In this document: positions 31,263 through 40,344 of the stretch, one piece after another
Position numbering within the stretch: position 1 is the stretch's first letter
Layout: the number at the start of each line of letters is the position of its first letter
Virus record (IMG/VR): IMGVR_UViG_3300026097_001084
Span: 1-52,697 of that record
From: a virus
Taxonomy: Duplodnaviria > Caudoviricetes
Reading direction: 5' to 3' (one strand)
Length of the DNA: 52,697 nucleotides
Made by a program: the position numbers and the translations under genes
The notes under the pieces: model-generated
Seen by the model: only the letters and a program-made list of their open reading frames with translations
What the model was told of the DNA's origin: nothing
Database searches by the model: none

Positions 31263-32007
31263 TTGGTTCTAATTTGCGAATTTCCATTTCTTCAATTTCA
31301 GTATTCTTTGAATATGGTAGTGATGGATGTTTTAAATTTTTCAATAACTTTCTTCTCTCACCACCCTTTGAAAGAATATAAACGTATCTATGCTTTCTTG
31401 GTTCTTTTCTAATCCAAAATGGCTTAGTTACCTGCTTCTGAATTTCTGTGGGGTTATTGGTACCATAGTATGGAAATATAGTTCTACCATGTTGCCACTC
31501 ACCATTTTCATCAAACTTAAATGACCAACTATCATTAAATCGTAAAGAGTTTCCTTGGTAAATCCAATTGGTTGCTTGATATATAGTTCCAGCGTGTCCT
31601 TCTTTCGGGTCTGAATATGATATCAATCCCTTCACTTGTGGTACATTTTCTCGTAACCAATCAAATGTCTTTCCTAAGAACCAACTTTCTATATTAGAAC
31701 CATACCCATCAAAAACAAATAATCTTACCAATTCCAAAACTTCGGTTCTATCTAACATTTCAGATATAGATTGTCCACTCAACCTACCAATTGGGTCACC
31801 ATAACATGCAACTCCAATTAATTTATCTTCAACACCACTAAAGAATGGGTGTTCTTCTATATCGGAAGTAAATAAACCAATAGCGTAAGAAACCTTTGTC
31901 CACAATCCACTATAATGATTATTGATAATGATATCTTTCGCTACCGATTTGTTTATAGCTCTTATTGATAATTTAGAAGTATCACAATATACCTTATCCT
32001 CTTTCAT
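31246..32007 (-). CDS. Mom-like adenine modification enzyme (GNAT fold), paralog
   Basis: IINNHYSG, LELVRLF, LISYSDPKEGHAGTIYQATNWIYQG, KHRYVY. Confidence 0.85.
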   Translation of the reverse strand: MKEDKVYCDTSKLSIRAINKSVAKDIIINNHYSGLWTKVSYAIGLFTSDIEEHPFFSGVEDKLIGVACYGDPIGRLSGQSISEMLDRTEVLELVRLFVFDGYGSNIESWFLGKTFDWLRENVPQVKGLISYSDPKEGHAGTIYQATNWIYQGNSLRFNDSWSFKFDENGEWQHGRTIFPYYGTNNPTEIQKQVTKPFWIRKEPRKHRYVYILSKGGERRKLLKNLKHPSLPYSKNTEIEEMEIRKLEPIEGGE

Positions 32008-32207
32008 AAACTACCAGACCAAAATTCGTTTAGATGTTGCCATGTTTGCATCCTAACTATTTTGATAACGTTGGCAGGAGATACTCTATTATTACGAGCT
32101 ATTACAGCTACATTACGATGTCCCATCGCCCATAACTTTCTTATTTGTATAACCTGCTCATCCGTTAGTTTAGCGCTAGGATGAGACTGACCTCTTAATA
32201 TTGGCAT
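32004..32207 (-). CDS. stand-alone HTH resembling the C-terminal DNA-binding domain of HNH homing endonucleases
   Basis: RGQSHPSAKLTDEQVIQIR...IARNNRVSPANVIKIVRMQTWQHL. Confidence 0.7.
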   Translation of the reverse strand: MPILRGQSHPSAKLTDEQVIQIRKLWAMGHRNVAVIARNNRVSPANVIKIVRMQTWQHLNEFWSGSL

Positions 32208-32222
32208 TTTATTTGTTTTATG

Positions 32223-32254
32223 TAAAGATACGAAATTTATTTGGATAAACCAAA
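32223..32254 (-). promoter_or_regulatory. Bacteroidota sigma-A type promoter
   Basis: TTTG-N20-TATCTTTA upstream of the HTH-mom-mom unit. Confidence 0.75.
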
Positions 32255-32258
32255 TATT

Positions 32259-32525
32259 TTATGCACTTTTTATTTCATTTAGTGCATTGGTGTAAGCCAT
32301 TTCAGATTGTAATCCAGCGAATCTCTGAACTTCCTTACCATCTACTTCTACCACTACAGTAGGTACCGAACGAATTGAATATTTTTGAGCAATTTCAAAA
32401 TCTTTATCAACATCTACATCTAAGAATGATATTTCATTGAATTTAGATTTTACATTTTCCATAACAGGTGTTAACATTTTACAAGGTCCACACCACACTG
32501 CGTAGAATTTTTTTACTTCAATCAT
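32259..32525 (-). CDS. trxA: thioredoxin
   Basis: WCGPC and SVPT. Confidence 0.95.
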   Translation of the reverse strand: MIEVKKFYAVWCGPCKMLTPVMENVKSKFNEISFLDVDVDKDFEIAQKYSIRSVPTVVVEVDGKEVQRFAGLQSEMAYTNALNEIKSA

Positions 32526-32550
32526 TTTTTTCTCCTATTAAATTAATATT

Positions 32551-34332
32551 CTACCCATCACATGCTAAACAATCAGGATCCATTGCTTTGGTTGCAATAT
32601 CACCTCTTAACACAGATTCGGTTCTCATATAGTAAAGTGTTTTCACACCCTGTTTCCAAGCTTCCATCGTTACTTGATTAATCCACTTCGGAGTTGCCGT
32701 AGATGGGAATGCCAAGTTAAGTGATACTGATTGGTCTATATATTGTTGCCTAATACCAGCTTGTTTTACTAAATCTAATTGGTTAATTTCTTTGAAAGTT
32801 TTAAATACATCTTTAATGTTAAATGATTTATCATAATCCATTTCTGATATATCTTCTTTCTTTACCAACTTCCCATCCAAGTATCTAAATTCATCTAATT
32901 GTTGTAAATCTTGAATAGAACCACCATCAGCCATAATCTTATCCCAAGTTTCTTTGGTGTTGATTCCAATTTTTCTTAGAACTTTTTCTAATTCTTTATT
33001 CTTACGAATGAAAGTTCCTTTAGATGTTTGTTCAGTAAATACGTTTGCAGCCCATGGTTCAATACCAGCAGATACATCACCACTTAATTTAGAGTTAGAT
33101 ACTGTTGGTGCGATTGCACGTAGGTGAGTATTTCTCATACCACTATCTCGACACCACAAAGGTTCACCATATTCAACTGCCATATCTCTTGATGCTCTTT
33201 CTGATTCAATCTTTAATTGAGAGAAAATCTTACGAGTTTCAAATTGTGCCTCCATTCCTTCAAATGGAATACCATTTTTCTGTAAGTAAGTGTGCCATCC
33301 TAATACACCCAATCCTAATGCTCTACCTTTTTCTGCAGAACGAACTGAGTTTTCGAATCCTTTTAAGTTCTTAGCTTTTTGGATAAATTCTGAAAGAACT
33401 CCATCTAAGAACCAAGTTGCGGTATAAACTAAATCTGTATCTTTCCATTCATCATATTTTGCCAAGTTGAGTGAAGAAAGACAACATACGAATGAATGAG
33501 ATTCATCAGTATGTAAAGTGATTTCAGAACAGATGTTTGTCATATGTACCTTCAAACCATTTACTTTGTACATCTCTGGGTTTTGTTTATTAACATTCCC
33601 CTTGTACATTATGTAAGGTTCTCCTGTAGCTTTTCTCTTTTGAAGTAGTTTACCCCACTTTCTTCGTGCGGTTTCATCCCCGTTCTCCAATTTCCTCATA
33701 AACTTATCACCTACTACTGCACATTGGTGAAGGTTAAGCGATTGTCTATTTACATCTCCCTTTGGTTCTCTGATTTCTAACCACTCTTCGAAATCACCAT
33801 GTTCGATGTTTAAGTTTACTGATGCTGCACCTCTACGAACTGAACCTTGATTAGTTGCAAGAATAGTAGAATCGTAAATCTTTGCGAATGGTACTACACC
33901 ATCCGATGTTCCATTGCCAGTAATTGGTGCACCAGCTGGTCTGATTTGGTTGATACCAATACCAACCCCACCACCATGTTTTGCAAGTAACATTAGTTCT
34001 AAGTTTTTAGAACCAATATCGAAGATTGAATCTGCAACATCGATACCAAAACAAGAGATTGGTAAACCTCTATCAGTACCGGTGTTTGAAAGTACAGGTG
34101 TTGCCAAGTTTAACCAACCTTTCCAAATGTAATCAAAAAACTTTGATGCCATCTGTGGTTTGTTTAATCTTTGTGCTACCTTTGTTGCTACTCTCCAATA
34201 GGCATCTTTGGGTTTTTCTCCATTTAATAAGTAACCTTTAGATATAGTTTTCACATATATCTCAGTATTACCCCATTCTGGAAAATCAACTCCCAATTCC
34301 CAACCCAATTCTTCTCCGTAATTTTTTGCCAT
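32551..34332 (-). CDS. nrdA: class I ribonucleotide reductase alpha subunit (no ATP cone)
   Basis: ATPVLSN, SCF, TNICSEI, APTVSNS, KTLYYMR, C-terminal CLAC. Confidence 0.96.
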   Translation of the reverse strand: MAKNYGEELGWELGVDFPEWGNTEIYVKTISKGYLLNGEKPKDAYWRVATKVAQRLNKPQMASKFFDYIWKGWLNLATPVLSNTGTDRGLPISCFGIDVADSIFDIGSKNLELMLLAKHGGGVGIGINQIRPAGAPITGNGTSDGVVPFAKIYDSTILATNQGSVRRGAASVNLNIEHGDFEEWLEIREPKGDVNRQSLNLHQCAVVGDKFMRKLENGDETARRKWGKLLQKRKATGEPYIMYKGNVNKQNPEMYKVNGLKVHMTNICSEITLHTDESHSFVCCLSSLNLAKYDEWKDTDLVYTATWFLDGVLSEFIQKAKNLKGFENSVRSAEKGRALGLGVLGWHTYLQKNGIPFEGMEAQFETRKIFSQLKIESERASRDMAVEYGEPLWCRDSGMRNTHLRAIAPTVSNSKLSGDVSAGIEPWAANVFTEQTSKGTFIRKNKELEKVLRKIGINTKETWDKIMADGGSIQDLQQLDEFRYLDGKLVKKEDISEMDYDKSFNIKDVFKTFKEINQLDLVKQAGIRQQYIDQSVSLNLAFPSTATPKWINQVTMEAWKQGVKTLYYMRTESVLRGDIATKAMDPDCLACDG

Positions 34333-34342
34333 TACTATAATT

Positions 34343-34489
34343 TTATTTCTTTCGTTTAAATCTAATACAATTGTATTTTATACCTCTAATAAGCATATCC
34401 ATCAAAATAGATGTTCCACTTGGATAATGTTTAATAGAATCACCATGTGTAATTACATTTCGTTTGTAATACTCTCTTTTAGTTTTCAT
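34343..34489 (-). CDS. small basic hypothetical protein (48 aa)
   Basis: Manual translation MKTKREYYKRNVITHGDSIKHYPSGTSILMDMLIRGIKYNCIRFKRKK*, filling the gap between mazG and nrdA. Confidence 0.5.
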   Translation of the reverse strand: MKTKREYYKRNVITHGDSIKHYPSGTSILMDMLIRGIKYNCIRFKRKK

Positions 34490-34784
34490 CTTTTACAAAA
34501 ACCCCACCTTGGGTTTTGCCCCGTCGGTCTTTAATTTCGTTCCATGCAGCTTCTAAACATTCTTGTGGAGATAATCCCAATTGTTTAGAAAGGATAATTA
34601 GAGTTACAAAAGAATCACCTATCCCATCCTTGATTTCTTCCTCGTTTGACTTTAGAAGTGCTCCAGCGGTTTCACCTACTTCTTCTAACACCTTTAACAT
34701 TTGTTTTGGTGCGTTCTCTGGTTTCAATATGTCTTTATCCTCGGCCCATTGGGTTACGGATTGTATTAATTCATCAAATGTCAT
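34479..34784 (-). CDS. MazG-like nucleotide pyrophosphohydrolase
   Basis: KVLEEVGE...IKDGIGD...AWNEIKDRRG. Confidence 0.88.
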   Translation of the reverse strand: MTFDELIQSVTQWAEDKDILKPENAPKQMLKVLEEVGETAGALLKSNEEEIKDGIGDSFVTLIILSKQLGLSPQECLEAAWNEIKDRRGKTQGGVFVKDEN

Positions 34785-34796
34785 ACTATTGTTTTT

Positions 34797-35810
34797 TTAA
34801 AATAAATCCCCCCAATCTTCACCTTCACCTGCTTTTGAATAATCAGTTGAACGAATAGCGAAGAAATCGGTATGTGTTGCTCCACCAGTTAAATGATAAA
34901 ACCAATCTAATTCTGCTGCTGAATCTTTATCAAATTTAAAGTAATCATCAGTTCCTTCAGTTGGAGAATAACCCAACTCTTGTAACTTTTCATTTACTCT
35001 TTTGATGATAAAGTTTTTTAAATCTTTCTTTTTGAGATTTTCTAAATCTCCCAATTCAAACATTTTATCAATAAAGTTGGATTCTAAATTTATGATAAGT
35101 TTTGCTGCTTCGTAGATACCTTCTTTTGCATCTTCTAATAGTTCTGGAAATTCTTCACACATATGTCTGAATAATTGACATCCCATTTTAGAGTGTAATG
35201 ATTCATCACGAACAGACCATTTCATTTGTTGTCCTATACCTTTTAGAAGATTTCTCATTTGGAATGAGTAAAGAACTGCAAAAGATGAGTATAAAGATAC
35301 TCCCTCACTAAATGCCGAGAATATTGCTAATGAACGTCCTACTTCTTTTCTTGCGATTGGATTTGTTGCCAAATCTTCATGAGTCCATTGGTTTGTAGTT
35401 TGTGTTAAGAGTTCAAACTTTTCAGCTGTTGCAGGTTCATGCAAAAATGCTGAAAAGTCATCCAACCCTAATGTTTCATTTAAATATGAATATGCAGTTG
35501 CGTGGATTGTTTCTTGGGAACCAAACATCATTGCCATCTGTCTTATTTCGTGTTTAGGAAACCAATCGGTTACCATATTTGTCCAATAATCAGAAACTGC
35601 ACATTCGGTTTGAGCAAATCCCAATAGGATATTACCAACCAAGTGTTTTTCTTCTTTGGTAAGATTCTCATTCCAATCCTTAACATCCCCTTGCATAGAG
35701 ATTTCAGTATGTAACCAAAAGGCCTGTGCTTGTTTCAACCAACCTTCGGTATAGTATATTGGATATTCAAATGGTTTGAAAGGAATTCTTTCTTGGAATA
35801 ATTTGCTCAT
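34797..35810 (-). CDS. nrdB: class I ribonucleotide reductase beta subunit
   Basis: FW, QETIHATAY (tyrosyl radical site), EGVSLYSSF, RDESLH, DFF. Confidence 0.96.
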   Translation of the reverse strand: MSKLFQERIPFKPFEYPIYYTEGWLKQAQAFWLHTEISMQGDVKDWNENLTKEEKHLVGNILLGFAQTECAVSDYWTNMVTDWFPKHEIRQMAMMFGSQETIHATAYSYLNETLGLDDFSAFLHEPATAEKFELLTQTTNQWTHEDLATNPIARKEVGRSLAIFSAFSEGVSLYSSFAVLYSFQMRNLLKGIGQQMKWSVRDESLHSKMGCQLFRHMCEEFPELLEDAKEGIYEAAKLIINLESNFIDKMFELGDLENLKKKDLKNFIIKRVNEKLQELGYSPTEGTDDYFKFDKDSAAELDWFYHLTGGATHTDFFAIRSTDYSKAGEGEDWGDLF

Positions 35811-35823
35811 AGTGTTATCTTTC

Positions 35824-35994
35824 TTACTTGTTTTCTTCTACTGATACTTTTCTGTAATCTGTAACAAGTTTCTTGATTTCACCAATTGCTTTTCTTGCTC
35901 TTGATTTAGCAGCTTTAGTTGTTCCATTGTGTTCTGCTTCGAACTGGATGTACAACTCTTTAATTTGTTCGAAAATTTCTTGTGAATTTGCCAT
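35824..35994 (-). CDS. Hc1-like (histone H1-like) small nucleoid-associated protein, 56 aa
   Basis: Manual translation MANSQEIFEQIKELYIQFEAEHNGTTKAAKSRARKAIGEIKKLVTDYRKVSVEENK*; KAAxxRARK motif of the Hc1 family. Confidence 0.8.
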   Translation of the reverse strand: MANSQEIFEQIKELYIQFEAEHNGTTKAAKSRARKAIGEIKKLVTDYRKVSVEENK

Positions 35995-36200
35995 AAAATT
36001 TAATTTTTAATTGTTAGTATTACCCACCTTTAGTTAGTGGGGTGTTTATAATTATCATATATATCCAAAAACGAAATGGATTTTTGATAATTTTTTTTTT
36101 AGTTTTGTATTATTCTATACACTACTGATTTTTTATTGAGGGTGTGATAATTTTTTGATACACTTACCCATATTTTCTATATACTAATACCCACTAGCCT

Positions 36201-37544
36201 CTACATACTTTTTTGTAAAAGTTTTTTCGTTTCTAATGCACCACTTGCGGCTTCTTTGGTTGCGATTACTCCATCTGGTGAATTTCCATCATAGATATCA
36301 ATCGTTCCAGTCCAAGTATCCATTTTACAAGGGAAAGTAATTCCATCGGGCCCAAATCTGTTTTTCATTACGTGTGCCCTAGCAGTATTATTTAATTTAT
36401 CCTTAGATTTTCTACTAAAACTCATAATGAAATCTGCATTCATTACCTTTGCATACGAATCAGCAATCTTATCAGCTTCGATAACTTCCGAATCAATTGC
36501 TGAACGGTTGGTTTGAGATGCGGTCCAAATTGGGATTCCCAATTCACCACTCATACCACGAAGGTCTATGTAAACTCCCCCCTGTTCCGCATAAGTAGAG
36601 TCAGTCTTATTAGAATGGGATAGTAAAAGGTCTGCATAATCTACAATGATAACATCGGGCTTGTTACCCATCGAGTTCATTTTCTCAATATGTTGTTGTA
36701 ACTTTTTTACTGTAACACCTTTTGGTGGAAAATACTTAATAAGTAAGTTCCCCTTGAGTCCTTTTACTTTTTGTTTAACTTCTTCGTGTTTTGATTTTAA
36801 ATCAGCGGTTGGTATATGTGAGAATAGTACATCATATCTCTGGCCCACATAGTGTTCAGATAATTCCATACTATAATGCACCACATTCAAACCTTGCCGT
36901 ACAGCAGATGCTCCCATTGCTGAGAGTATCCATGTTTTTCCTACACCAGATGGAGCAACTACTACTCCAAGTTCTCCTGGCCCTAATCCACCACCCATTA
37001 AATCATTAATGGGTTCCCAATCAGTACCAACAACTACTCGTTCTACTTCATCTGCACGTAAATCAAAATCTTCAATGTAATCATGTCCCAAGTTAGTATC
37101 ATTACCAACTTTCATTGCAGCATCTACCAAATCCTTGATTCTATCATACGAACCGGCTTTGAGTAAATCTACTGATTGGAGAATTACATTTTTAAGATTT
37201 TGGTTTTTACAGAAATCTGTAAACTCGTTTTTAACGTACTCAAAATCTACTTGTCCTACTTGGGTATAGATGTGCCGTAATTGTTCCACTACGGTAGTTT
37301 TAATCACTTCATTATCTACCTTTGTAAGAAGTGCCTTGAATACATCTAATGTAGGTGGTTTCTTATATTCTGAATGATAATCTAATATTTCACCAACAAT
37401 CCATTTATTTGCCTCGTTCTCAAAGAACTTTGTATGTGCAATATCTGATATTGTATCGAGAAATTTGTTATCAGTTAGAAGTGCAGAAACTACTTTGGAT
37501 TGAAATGACTGCCCGTATTTCGCTAAAGTATCTATTTCTTGCAT
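36201..37544 (-). CDS. replicative DnaB-like helicase (T4 gp41-like)
   Basis: APSGVGKT, HYSMEL, IIVDYAD, TASQTNR, KNRFG. Confidence 0.95.
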   Translation of the reverse strand: MQEIDTLAKYGQSFQSKVVSALLTDNKFLDTISDIAHTKFFENEANKWIVGEILDYHSEYKKPPTLDVFKALLTKVDNEVIKTTVVEQLRHIYTQVGQVDFEYVKNEFTDFCKNQNLKNVILQSVDLLKAGSYDRIKDLVDAAMKVGNDTNLGHDYIEDFDLRADEVERVVVGTDWEPINDLMGGGLGPGELGVVVAPSGVGKTWILSAMGASAVRQGLNVVHYSMELSEHYVGQRYDVLFSHIPTADLKSKHEEVKQKVKGLKGNLLIKYFPPKGVTVKKLQQHIEKMNSMGNKPDVIIVDYADLLLSHSNKTDSTYAEQGGVYIDLRGMSGELGIPIWTASQTNRSAIDSEVIEADKIADSYAKVMNADFIMSFSRKSKDKLNNTARAHVMKNRFGPDGITFPCKMDTWTGTIDIYDGNSPDGVIATKEAASGALETKKLLQKSM

Positions 37545-37570
37545 TTATGACTCTGTTTATAACTTTGATA

Positions 37571-37602
37571 CAAAGATACGATTATTTCATCATATCTCCA
37601 AA
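37571..37602 (-). promoter_or_regulatory. Bacteroidota sigma-A type promoter
   Basis: TTTG-N20-TATCTTTG upstream of the helicase. Confidence 0.8.
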
Positions 37603-37603
37603 T

Positions 37604-38659
37604 TTAATCGGTAATAATATTTCCAAAGGTTGATTTTAACCAATCATTAATATCGCCGAAATTATTCACTACTTTGTATTTTAATAATATTTTCATGAAG
37701 TTCATTTTATTAATTGGTTTAATTGGTTCATTAAACCTATCCAATGCGTTCATTTTAACTATACCCGATATATCTACATTATCAAGTTGCATTAGTTCTC
37801 TATTTAAAAGAATTTGTTTTTTGGCTTCTATGATATCATTGTATATCTTAATCTTACCTTTGGTTTCTTCTTTCTTTTGTTCTGCTAATTGTAATAAATC
37901 ATCTACCGAAAGTTTAACATCTTCGGTAAGTTCTGGAAATCGTTTGATTACAGTCTTAATACCACACCCATAAACGCCAGGTATATTATCTGATTTATCA
38001 CCATCCAAAACTCTGTAAAGAAGTAAGTTTTTGGATTCGATACCAAATTCTTCCTTTACCACTTTTTTATTATACATCTTCTTTTTGGTAGGTGACCAGA
38101 CGATGGTTTTATCATCAACCAATTGTAAGAAATCCTTATCAGTTGACATAATCACCGCCTGTTCATCTTCCTTTAAGATGTTGGTGGTGATATAAGCCAT
38201 GATATCATCGGCTTCAACACCATCGTATATCATAGTTGTTAAAGGTAATCCATCCAACAGTTCGTTTAACCAAACGAACTGTCTTTTCATAGATTCTCTT
38301 TCATCCTCATCGTTCATCAAATCTGCATATTGTCTATTGACCCTAAGTTTATTTGAATCACGTTGGGCTTTATATCCACCAAACTTCTTTTTACGAGAGG
38401 TAGAACCTCCCTTACCATCGAACACTACAACAACACGAGTCGGTTGAGTTTGTCTGATTGCATACCCTATTGATTTTAACACACCGGTTACTCCACCAAC
38501 ATGGTCACCATCATCATTCATCGTTGGTATTGATGACCAACATCTGATAAAGGTATTTAACCCATCGATAATCAACACACGAGAATTCTTGTGTTTATCG
38601 ATATTATAGGTTCTTTCAGTTTTAACTGACTCTAAAATGTTCTTGTATAGTTCTTTCAT
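37604..38659 (-). CDS. 5'-3' exonuclease/flap endonuclease (T4 RNase H / PolI N-terminal-like)
   Basis: IIDGLN, VVFDG, YKAQR, EADD, STDKDFLQL, GDKSDNIPGVYGCGIKT. Confidence 0.95.
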   Translation of the reverse strand: MKELYKNILESVKTERTYNIDKHKNSRVLIIDGLNTFIRCWSSIPTMNDDGDHVGGVTGVLKSIGYAIRQTQPTRVVVVFDGKGGSTSRKKKFGGYKAQRDSNKLRVNRQYADLMNDEDERESMKRQFVWLNELLDGLPLTTMIYDGVEADDIMAYITTNILKEDEQAVIMSTDKDFLQLVDDKTIVWSPTKKKMYNKKVVKEEFGIESKNLLLYRVLDGDKSDNIPGVYGCGIKTVIKRFPELTEDVKLSVDDLLQLAEQKKEETKGKIKIYNDIIEAKKQILLNRELMQLDNVDISGIVKMNALDRFNEPIKPINKMNFMKILLKYKVVNNFGDINDWLKSTFGNIITD

Positions 38660-38720
38660 TATAACCTGTGTTTTTCTGTTGGGAAGTATTTATCTAATAC
38701 ATCAATCTGGTCTTGGTATT
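38619..38720. repeat. 102-bp direct repeat, copy 1
   Basis: Identical by eye to 38932..39033 (offset 313 bp). Confidence 0.92.
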
Positions 38721-38922
38721 GTTCGCGATGCCAGAGGTCATATTCAACACTAAACTCACCAACTGCTTTTTGAAATGGTATCACATCCTCATTACCACAA
38801 GAGTTATATTGCCAACATTCAGCTTCATTAATACCTTTACCAAACCATTCCCATGCTTGGAATTTCTCAGGATTGTTCTCTTTCCAATCCACTACTGCTT
38901 CTAGTGCTTGTGTGTAAGTCAT
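38659..38922 (-). CDS. hypothetical chimeric protein whose C-terminus is copied from the upstream gene
   Basis: Ends YQDQIDVLDKYFPTEKHRL, identical to the end of 38972..39190. Confidence 0.6.
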   Translation of the reverse strand: MTYTQALEAVVDWKENNPEKFQAWEWFGKGINEAECWQYNSCGNEDVIPFQKAVGEFSVEYDLWHREQYQDQIDVLDKYFPTEKHRL

Positions 38923-38931
38923 CTCTATTTG

Positions 38932-39033
38932 GTTTTAACTGACTCTAAAATGTTCTTGTATAGTTCTTTCATTATAACCTGTGTTTTTCTGTTGGGAAGT
39001 ATTTATCTAATACATCAATCTGGTCTTGGTATT
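38932..39033. repeat. 102-bp direct repeat, copy 2
   Basis: Identical to 38619..38720; contains a truncated copy of the exonuclease start (MKELYKNILESVKTK*). Confidence 0.92.
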
Positions 39034-39190
39034 TAGCGATGTGTTCTAATTCTAATTCGATTGCCTCGATTATATCAGAATGTTCACCAATACCAACTGA
39101 TTGATTTAAATACACCTCAACATTTGCCACATGTTTTGCAACGTGCCCTTCGGCATGTTTTTTCGTTGCCTCTAATAAAGTATTTCTCAT
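38972..39190 (-). CDS. small hypothetical phage protein
   Basis: KHVANVEVYLNQSVGIGEHSDIIEAI, a motif recalled from T4-like phage small proteins. Confidence 0.75.
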   Translation of the reverse strand: MRNTLLEATKKHAEGHVAKHVANVEVYLNQSVGIGEHSDIIEAIELELEHIAKYQDQIDVLDKYFPTEKHRL

Positions 39191-39200
39191 TGTTTAAGTT

Positions 39201-40331
39201 TTAATCATCCATACCAGCACCACTGGTAGAGACTTCCATGTTATCTATATCAAGAGTATCTGATTTATATTGTAAGATTTGTGATTCACATATCTTTTTA
39301 TAAATCTGGTCTCTCAATTCTTCGTTTTCATCCATCATTGTGATGAAATCCTTAGATTGGAATTTGTGTTCTTCACCAGTTTCGGTATCTACATAGGTAT
39401 ACCATGCACCGGCTTGTTTAACAAGTTTCTCATCTTTCATTACCTTTAACCATGAACCATAATTATCGATTCCTCTATCAAAGAATATTTCAAAATCAGT
39501 AGAACGTAATGGTGGTCCCATTCTATTCTTTACAACTTGTGCACGAACTTTCATTCCTACAATCTTATCGTTTCCACCAACCTTCATTTTGATTTGTCCA
39601 GTACCTTTTAATCTTAATCGTACAGATGCATGGAAAGCCAGAGCTTTACCACCACTTGTAGTCCAAGGGTCACCGAACGGCATCGCGTTCATCTTCTGAC
39701 GAAGTTGGTTTGTGTAAACTAATAAGATTTTCTGTCTACCAATCATGTTGGTAATTTTTCTCATCGCTTTCGAGATGATGATTGCTTTGTCAGTAGCATA
39801 TCCATCTTTACCATAATCAGATGCAAGTTCAGCTTTGGTTGAGGCAGCTGCAACTGAATCGGTTACAATAGTTACTAACTTGTCTTTTGATGTTTCTCGA
39901 ACTTTCTCTATAATAGATTCTGTTATATCGAAAATCTGTTCTACTGAATCTGCTGATACATAAAGTAATTTAGAAACGTCCACACCGATTGCTTCTAAAA
40001 ATTCTCTACTTACCGCAGTTTCTGTATCTATGAGTACCGCAACTCCTCCTAGCTTTTGTGTTTCAGCTAAGAGGTGTGCTGATACTAATGATTTTCCACT
40101 TTGTTCAAGTCCCGTTAATTCAACGATTCTACCAACAGGCAATCCACCATACGGGCGGTTAGAAATTGCAACATCTAACATTGCACATCCAGTCGATACC
40201 CAACCATCCACATTCGTAGGTGCAGTATCATCATCCAAGAAGAATGCAACTTTGTTTTCTTTGGATTCTTTGTTCAAAGTATTCGCTAGAATACTTGCCA
40301 AGTCCAAATCTTGTTCTTTTTTCTTTGCCAT
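39201..40331 (-). CDS. recA: RecA/UvsX recombinase
   Basis: GGLPVGRIVELTGLEQSGKS, IDTE, DSVAA, NQLR, TSGGKALAFHASVR, KNR. Confidence 0.95.
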   Translation of the reverse strand: MAKKKEQDLDLASILANTLNKESKENKVAFFLDDDTAPTNVDGWVSTGCAMLDVAISNRPYGGLPVGRIVELTGLEQSGKSLVSAHLLAETQKLGGVAVLIDTETAVSREFLEAIGVDVSKLLYVSADSVEQIFDITESIIEKVRETSKDKLVTIVTDSVAAASTKAELASDYGKDGYATDKAIIISKAMRKITNMIGRQKILLVYTNQLRQKMNAMPFGDPWTTSGGKALAFHASVRLRLKGTGQIKMKVGGNDKIVGMKVRAQVVKNRMGPPLRSTDFEIFFDRGIDNYGSWLKVMKDEKLVKQAGAWYTYVDTETGEEHKFQSKDFITMMDENEELRDQIYKKICESQILQYKSDTLDIDNMEVSTSGAGMDD

Positions 40332-40344
40332 AAGTTTGGTCTAT

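Noticed and set aside
38619-39033. CRISPR array or IS target-site duplication
   Set aside because: Only two copies, 102 bp long and made of coding sequence; no transposase, inverted repeats or cas genes
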